From: a virus
Virus record (IMG/VR): IMGVR_UViG_3300027736_000041
Location: 1-64,000 of that record
Length of the DNA: 64,000 bases
Strand: one strand, 5' to 3'
The position numbers were made by a program, and so were the translations under genes. A model generated the notes under the pieces. That model was given only the letters and a program-made list of their open reading frames with translations, searched no databases and was not told where the DNA came from. Shown piece by piece: positions 57,644 through 64,000 of this stretch (its first letter is position 1; each line of letters begins with the position of its first letter).

Positions 57644-60600
57644 GTGAAGCCAGTTAATCCGACATTGGGAGCAACGCCGTTACGGATCAGTAGAATTTCT
57701 TCAATTGACATTGGGAATAAGTCTTGGGATTCTGTGCTATTCCAGCAAGGAAAAAGCATTCTGGATTTTGACTTAAATGTCATGCAAAGAATTTCAAGAG
57801 AAAACGTGACGCAGCTATCTCGCTTGTTGGTGCGATCTGGATTTTTTACTATCAATAACATTTCTGTTGACGCAACAACGGCAATTATTCCCGACTCTCG
57901 TGTGAATTTTTTTGGTTCCTACGTCAGAGTGGCGAGTCCGACTAATAGTCCAACGTATGCGACCAATGTGTCTATTTCGCCAGCAGGCACTTCAACAACC
58001 AATGCTATTTTTCTTTGGTTGGAAATTTGGTTTCAAGAAGTTGTTCCAGATGGAATTGCTGAAACAGCAGATGGTTCAGCCGATCCAACTGCACAACAAA
58101 AAGCCTCCGATGTCCGTTATTATGGAGGAGAAACCAATGCCACACTTGTCAATGAGTTAAAAGACACGAGTTTTGGTGCTGAAACAACTCGACGTATCCA
58201 AGCTCGATGGAGAATACGGCAAACCACAGGTGTCAATACGACGCTTCATAGCAAAGGGTTTGCAGACGTTTCTGGCTCAACTGTCACTCCAAATCTATCG
58301 GTCCTTGCTCAAGGAGGAAAAACTGCTTCACAAAGCGGACGTTATTTCAGGCGTGCCGATCAAACCAATGTTGTGAACTCGATAAATCTTAACTTGGAGT
58401 TCAACATTGAAGGCGATACAAATCTTTTTATTGCCGGAGACGGCACTGCTGCAGACGCATTGCTACTCAACACCGTTGATGGTCGCGTGTATGGCATTCC
58501 CATTGGATACGTGTATCTGGATGCAGGCAATGCGTTTTTTGCGGATTTGCGAGATGCTGTATCTTCAGTGGCGTCACCAACCGCATTGACAACGGGTGGA
58601 GCGGCAACGATTGGAGCTGGCCTAGCACGCGCCGTGGTGATCGCTGGCGGAGCAACAGATGCGTCGATTGCCACGACATCACCCAATAGTGGCCAGAGTT
58701 CAGTGCCGTTGTATATACGCACGCTTGGTAATGCGCCAATCATTACCAAGACCATTCAGCAAGACTCGGCAGGCACATCAGCAAATCCAGTTTATTCATG
58801 GTCTGGTGATACCAACACTGGTTTGTATCAATACGGAACAGGTGTTCTGGGAATTACCGCCGGAGGTACTGGTGCAGCAGCTATCAGTTCGACCATTGCG
58901 CGATTTGTGTCTGACCTCGGCGCAGGAGGAGACCTTGGTGCAGGGCTTCCAGTTGGAGTATTGCCAACTGCCGGGTTAGATGTATTTGCGGGCGGAGCCA
59001 CAATTCGGGCATTGTCCAATCCGACCATTTCTACCGTAACGAATGCCGCTACTTCTACATCGACATCGTATTCGTACCGCGTTGTTGCTGTTGACCGTAA
59101 TGGAAACAAGACTGCTCCTTCTGCGGTGTTTACTTTAAGTACCGGACCAACTACTCTGAGTAACACTGTCTATAATGTCATCACTTGGGCCTCAGTAACC
59201 AATGCGTATACGTATGATGTGCTGAAGTATGATTCAAGCACCAGTTCTTACAAACAGTTGGCCACAGGAATTACTGCCACAACATACAATGACACTGGCA
59301 CGGCCCTGTCCAACTACACCATTCCAACGCAGAATGGCACCGCAAATCTCAATGTTGATGGAGCCGTCACAATTGGTCTGGGAACAACGATCACTGCTGG
59401 AGGATTGATCGTCACAGCGGGTGGTGCAACAATTTCGGCAGGTGGTGCAACAATTACCGGAAATTCCGCTATTACGGGATCATTGGGAATTAGTGCCGGA
59501 TTATCCGTGACCAACACAGGGGCGACCATTATTGGAAACAACGCAGACACCTCCGTCTTGACGCTGAAGCCTTACGCCGCGAATGCGGATGGACGCATGG
59601 ATATTGTTGCGTGGTCTTCTGCTCCGGGAACGACCAATCATTCCGCCGTTCTTCGTTTGCTCAAGAACAACAATGGGACAACATCTGAACGGTGGCGATT
59701 GTCATCGACAACAACCGTTGAAGGCGGAACAAATGCAGGTTCCAATTTCTCCATTGATGCATATGGAGACACCGGGACACTGATTGGCAATGCGCTTACC
59801 ATTACGAGATCAAGTCGAGCGATCACCATTCCCGGAGCGCTTACCGCATCTGGAGGTGGCACGCTTAATGGAACATTTGCGGTTACCGCATCAACGGGAA
59901 ATATCACTGGAACTATAGATGCCTTGGCTCGACACACGGTCATGGTCAGTGGTACATCGTATGGCACTCGACGATCCATCAACCTCATTCCGAGCGGAAT
60001 GACGATTGTTGCAGTAGACAATTCATCAACCGAGTCGGTTGATGTCACCTTGACAGTCACGCCATTGACGTACAGCGATACCGAATCCAGTCCTGCTGCG
60101 CCATCTTCCACTCCCGGTGATAGCGTAGCTGCGGGAACAAGCACATATCCGGCTCGACGAGATCACAAGCATGCACGAGCCGATGCGTATTCCACAACAG
60201 TGACAAACGTGTCTTCTACGGCAGTTGTTGGTACTGCGTCAGCCGTCTCCAGAGGAGATCATACGCACGGATATGGCGGATATTTACCTGCAATCGGTGT
60301 CACTGCGGCAATTCAGACCGCAGAAGCAATCAGTCTTGATGTCTATGGTGCCAATAGCAATGCAGGATTGGCTGGTGTATTGGCTGTTCGTGACACTACG
60401 GCAATGGCCGCAGGTGTCGGAGGGCGAATTGTCTTTGGGGGATACGCTGGAGCCACAACTGCGTATACAGCATGGGCGGGCATCAGCGGGCAAAAACTCA
60501 ACGGTACTGCTGCCAACAATGCGGGATACCTGAGCCTCTGGTCGAGGGTTTCCGGTGGCGCGACCATGACAGAATTTTTCCGCGGATATGATACCGGTGG

Positions 60601-63600
60601 AGTCTACATCGGTGTAAGTGCGTACACTGATCCCGGAGCGAATAATCTCAAGGTAAGCGGCAATATTGTTGCAACCAAATACAACAATGTGACCATCACT
60701 ACTCCGGCGACTGGATCCACCATCACTATTGATGAGGGCAAGACATTCCGCGTCAGCAATACCATGACGTTTACGGCCGGAGCGGAGTCGCAATCGTTTG
60801 CCTTTCCTGCCGCTGGAGATACGGTTGTCACTCTTGGGGCAACGCAAACCTTGACTGCAAAGACCCTCACGAGCCCGACTATCAACGGTGGGACGCATAC
60901 GGCTGTCACAGGGTTTTCATTGCGCTCAACCAATGCGGCTCCTTACAACCTGACTTTTGCCACTTCTGATGCAATGGGTGCCGATAGGACAATTACTTTT
61001 GCGGCCGGGGGAGCAGACCGGACCATTACACTTGCTGGAAATGTCACGACAACAGGAGCATTCAGCACAAGCGGAACATTTGCGATCACGCTTACCTCTA
61101 CAGCAACGACAAATGTTACGTTACCTACGACAGGGACGCTTGCCACGCTCGCGGGTACCGAAACATTCACGAACAAGACGTTTACGTCACCCACGCTTAC
61201 CGCTCCCGCACTCGGTGTTGCTACGGCAACGTCGATCAATGGACTGGCAATCACCACAACTACTGGAACGTTGACCATTACCAATGCCAAAACGCTCTCG
61301 GTTAGTAACTCCATAACGCTTGCAGCCACAACGGATGCAAAAACATTTACGTTTCCGGGTTCCATCAACGATGAGGTAGTGCTTCTGACAGCCACACAGA
61401 CGTTGTCGAACAAGACGTTCACAACACCATCTCTTGGCGCAGCGACTGCAACAACCGTCAATGGAGTGTATGTAGGCACAGGAGGAAATGCTACCAATGG
61501 CACCGCCTTGGGCAAGACCTCTGGAAACTTGACGGGCGCAAACAACACTGCAATTGGTTTTGAATCTCAGTTGCAAGGCACAGGCGCAACAGGAGAGAAG
61601 AATACGTCCGTTGGTTCAGTTACTTTGCGATCACTTCTGATTGGCTCAAACAACACTGCAATTGGGTATTCTGCGGCGACTTCTCACACTGCATCAAATG
61701 CAACAGCGGTTGGATCACAAGCACTATTGAGCAGCACAACGGGAGATGCAAACACTGCCGTTGGTACAAATAGTCTTCGAAGTGTTACTACAGCAGCAAA
61801 TAATACTTCTATTGGTTTTCAAGCATTGTATTCTGCAGTTACAACAGGGACAAATACCGCAGTAGGATCAAATGCCTTGTATGCCACTACTGGAGCAGGA
61901 AATGTTGCTCTGGGATATTTTGCCGGAAAATATGAAACGGCAAGCAATTCATTCTATGTAGACAATCAAGATCGCACAGATACAGCGGGAGATAAAGCAA
62001 AAGCATTATTGTATGGAATATTTGATGCAACTGCGGCAAATCAAACACTCAAAATTAACGCAGGAACAGTTACTGTTCTTGGAACAATCAACGGTTTGAC
62101 ATTGACTGCTGCAAGCACAGGATTCACCATTGCTGGTGGAACCACATCCAAGACCCTCACTGTTTCAAATACCATGACGTTTACGGCTGGAGCAGATGCG
62201 CAAACTTTTGCGTTCCCTGCCGCTGGAGATACGGTGGTAACTCTTGGGGCAACGCAAACCCTTACTGGAAAGACATTGACTTCTCCAGTAATCAATACTG
62301 GCATTACGCTGAATGCAACGACAACACCGGGAGCTGGTCCCGGAGCAAACAAGATATTCCTGTATGTCAAGTCAGATGGAAATCTGTACTATCAAGCAGG
62401 AACTAGCTCTGGTGAAATTGCGCTCACTTCGTCCACGCCCGGATTTACTGCAACCGACGAAGGGTTGGTATTAACAGGATCGGGCGGCGGCGGCGGAGGA
62501 GGAGGCGGCGCAACCTCATCGTCGGCGAATACATGGACTGCTCCGCAAACATTTTCTCAAAATGCACCAATCATATTAACTGATATGACGGCAGCACCCA
62601 CACCTCCGGGTACTGGCTTGACAGAAATCTATGCTATTGGCGGGGCTGTCTACTATCGCTCAGGAACAACCGGAAACTCTACAGTGATCGGTGGGGGAAC
62701 TGGCGCAAATACAGGCGTTGCGAATACATTCAGTGCATTACAGACTTTCGGCGCTGCCATTGCAGTCACTGGCAACTCTACAGTAGTGGGAACGCTTACC
62801 GGATTGACTGGACTGACCGTTGCTTCTGGAGGAGCGTCCATTACGGGCAATTCAACAATAACTGGCACGTTGAGTGGGTTGACGGGATTGACCGTTGGTA
62901 GCGGCGGATCATCAGTAATTGGAGATAGCAGTCATCAGACAAATGTTGCAAGAACAACTGCGTTTACTTCTTTGATTGTAAATGTAACCGACACAAGTTC
63001 AACTGCTAGCATCATGAAAACTGGTGTGTCAATTAACAGTACTGGCACTTGGAATGGATCAAGTGCAGTCAATCGGGCCTTGTATGTCACCGCAACTGGT
63101 GGAACTACTAATTATGCGGCAATTTTTGAAGCAGGATCAGTTGGTATCGGTACAACAACGCCGACTGCCTCGTTGCATTTGGCATCTGGAGTTTCTAAAT
63201 TTGGCAGCACAAACACTTATACAAGCACTACTTCTCATGTATTTGCCAATTCAATAGCAATTGAAGCATCTGCTGGCGGAACATTTGCCATTAATTCATA
63301 CTATGACTCTACGGCATGGAAATATGCCGGAAACGGTTTTGCGTGGCTTATTCAGGAAAATAGCGGAAGCCTTGTCTTTACCACGGCGGCAAGCAATGCT
63401 GGCGGTCACGGTGCGGCAACGAGTTTTTCAGAACGCATGCGCATTTATTCAGATGGAACAGTAGGTATCGGTGTCGCCCTTCCTACCGTCAAATTGGATG
63501 TTGCGGGTGCAGGAAAATTTTCCACAGGAATGACGGTGTCTGCCAATGGGATTACGGTTACAGGTAACTCCACAATCACCGGAACGCTTGGCGGTCTCAC

Positions 63601-64000
63601 TGGATTAACGGTAGCCAGTGGTGGCATTACCGTCACAGGGAACTCCACAATCACGGGAACACTTGGCGGTCTCACTGGATTAACGGTAGCCAGTGGTGGC
63701 ATTACCGTCACAGGTAACTCCACAATCACCGGAACGCTTGGCGGTCTTACTGGACTAACGGTCGCAAGCGGTGGAATTACGGTTACCACAGGAGGCGCTA
63801 CAGTCAGCGCAGGCGGAATTACCGTCACGGGCAACTCCACAATCACCGGAACGCTTGGCGGTCTCACTGGATTAACGGTAGCCAGTGGTGGCATTACCGT
63901 CACAGGGAACTCCACAATCACGGGAACACTTGGCGGTCTCACTGGGCTCACGGTTGCCAGTGGTGGCATTACCGTCACAGGGAACTCCACAATCACGGGA
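57644..64000 (+). CDS. large baseplate-attached tail fibre protein (3'-truncated by the window; absent from ORF track)
   Basis: GGAG then GTG 57644; MKPVNPT...VLFQQGKSILDFDLNVMQ baseplate-anchor motif; the same frame reads G/T-rich fibre sequence at the window end; NTA(I/V)G YadA-like repeats around 61500-61950. Confidence 0.85.
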   Translation, partial: MKPVNPTLGATPLRISRISSIDIGNKSWDSVLFQQGKSILDFDLNVMQRISRENVTQLSRLLVRSGFFTINNISVDATTAIIPDSRVNFFGSYVRVASPTNSPTYATNVSISPAGTSTTNAIFLWLEIWFQEVVPDGIAETADGSADPTAQQKASDVRYYGGETNATLVNELKDTSFGAETTRRIQARWRIRQTTGVNTTLHSKGFADVSGSTVTPNLSVLAQGGKTASQSGRYFRRADQTNVVNSINLNLEFNIEGDTNLFIAGDGTAADALLLNTVDGRVYGIPIGYVYLDAGNAFFADLRDAVSSVASPTALTTGGAATIGAGLARAVVIAGGATDASIATTSPNSGQSSVPLYIRTLGNAPIITKTIQQDSAGTSANPVYSWSGDTNTGLYQYGTGVLGITAGGTGAAAISSTIARFVSDLGAGGDLGAGLPVGVLPTAGLDVFAGGATIRALSNPTISTVTNAATSTSTSYSYRVVAVDRNGNKTAPSAVFTLSTGPTTLSNTVYNVITWASVTNAYTYDVLKYDSSTSSYKQLATGITATTYNDTGTALSNYTIPTQNGTANLNVDGAVTIGLGTTITAGGLIVTAGGATISAGGATITGNSAITGSLGISAGLSVTNTGATIIGNNADTSVLTLKPYAANADGRMDIVAWSSAPGTTNHSAVLRLLKNNNGTTSERWRLSSTTTVEGGTNAGSNFSIDAYGDTGTLIGNALTITRSSRAITIPGALTASGGGTLNGTFAVTASTGNITGTIDALARHTVMVSGTSYGTRRSINLIPSGMTIVAVDNSSTESVDVTLTVTPLTYSDTESSPAAPSSTPGDSVAAGTSTYPARRDHKHARADAYSTTVTNVSSTAVVGTASAVSRGDHTHGYGGYLPAIGVTAAIQTAEAISLDVYGANSNAGLAGVLAVRDTTAMAAGVGGRIVFGGYAGATTAYTAWAGISGQKLNGTAANNAGYLSLWSRVSGGATMTEFFRGYDTGGVYIGVSAYTDPGANNLKVSGNIVATKYNNVTITTPATGSTITIDEGKTFRVSNTMTFTAGAESQSFAFPAAGDTVVTLGATQTLTAKTLTSPTINGGTHTAVTGFSLRSTNAAPYNLTFATSDAMGADRTITFAAGGADRTITLAGNVTTTGAFSTSGTFAITLTSTATTNVTLPTTGTLATLAGTETFTNKTFTSPTLTAPALGVATATSINGLAITTTTGTLTITNAKTLSVSNSITLAATTDAKTFTFPGSINDEVVLLTATQTLSNKTFTTPSLGAATATTVNGVYVGTGGNATNGTALGKTSGNLTGANNTAIGFESQLQGTGATGEKNTSVGSVTLRSLLIGSNNTAIGYSAATSHTASNATAVGSQALLSSTTGDANTAVGTNSLRSVTTAANNTSIGFQALYSAVTTGTNTAVGSNALYATTGAGNVALGYFAGKYETASNSFYVDNQDRTDTAGDKAKALLYGIFDATAANQTLKINAGTVTVLGTINGLTLTAASTGFTIAGGTTSKTLTVSNTMTFTAGADAQTFAFPAAGDTVVTLGATQTLTGKTLTSPVINTGITLNATTTPGAGPGANKIFLYVKSDGNLYYQAGTSSGEIALTSSTPGFTATDEGLVLTGSGGGGGGGGGATSSSANTWTAPQTFSQNAPIILTDMTAAPTPPGTGLTEIYAIGGAVYYRSGTTGNSTVIGGGTGANTGVANTFSALQTFGAAIAVTGNSTVVGTLTGLTGLTVASGGASITGNSTITGTLSGLTGLTVGSGGSSVIGDSSHQTNVARTTAFTSLIVNVTDTSSTASIMKTGVSINSTGTWNGSSAVNRALYVTATGGTTNYAAIFEAGSVGIGTTTPTASLHLASGVSKFGSTNTYTSTTSHVFANSIAIEASAGGTFAINSYYDSTAWKYAGNGFAWLIQENSGSLVFTTAASNAGGHGAATSFSERMRIYSDGTVGIGVALPTVKLDVAGAGKFSTGMTVSANGITVTGNSTITGTLGGLTGLTVASGGITVTGNSTITGTLGGLTGLTVASGGITVTGNSTITGTLGGLTGLTVASGGITVTTGGATVSAGGITVTGNSTITGTLGGLTGLTVASGGITVTGNSTITGTLGGLTGLTVASGGITVTGNSTITG
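63549..64000 (+). repeat. 75-bp coding repeats (GITVTGNSTITGTLGGLTGLTVASG)
   Basis: About five copies plus a partial one at the window end; related copies around 62760-62900. Confidence 0.9.

Noticed and set aside
1-64000. Complete DGR cassette inside the window
   Set aside because: No reverse-transcriptase motifs and no non-coding copy of the blade repeat were seen; only the codon signature is reported.
1-64000. Stop-codon reassignment
   Set aside because: Genes are intact and densely packed under the standard code, all three stops are used, and no suppressor tRNA is seen.

Overview
A 64-kb segment of a large contractile-tailed (myovirus) phage genome; no integrase or host genes are visible. 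All credible genes are on the + strand. About 1-11.6 kb is accessory: three tRNAs (Thr-UGU, Lys-UUU, Leu-UAA), a dNMP kinase, a DUF1289-like protein, a tandemly duplicated [small protein - PI3K/HipA-fold kinase-like protein - small protein] module followed by an HD-domain protein, a holin-like membrane protein, a double-HTH protein and a Rad52/Sak-like protein. About 11.7-16.1 kb holds an SPO1/Twort-type (Herelleviridae-like) prohead protease, acidic scaffold and major capsid protein. About 16.7-38.5 kb is a neck gene plus a ~20-kb block of fibre/decoration genes. Two of these are paralogous giant proteins built from 4 and 3 seven-bladed beta-propellers (49 near-identical 138-bp repeats with hypervariable loops). 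About 38.5-64 kb has sheath, tube, a +1-frameshift chaperone pair, a tape measure with SLT and M23 domains, baseplate genes and a large tail-fibre ORF that runs off the window. The strongest novelty candidates are the duplicated kinase/small-partner/HD module and the NNT/NNC-biased (DGR-like) diversification of the propeller blades. All family assignments come from motifs recognised by eye; no searches were run.
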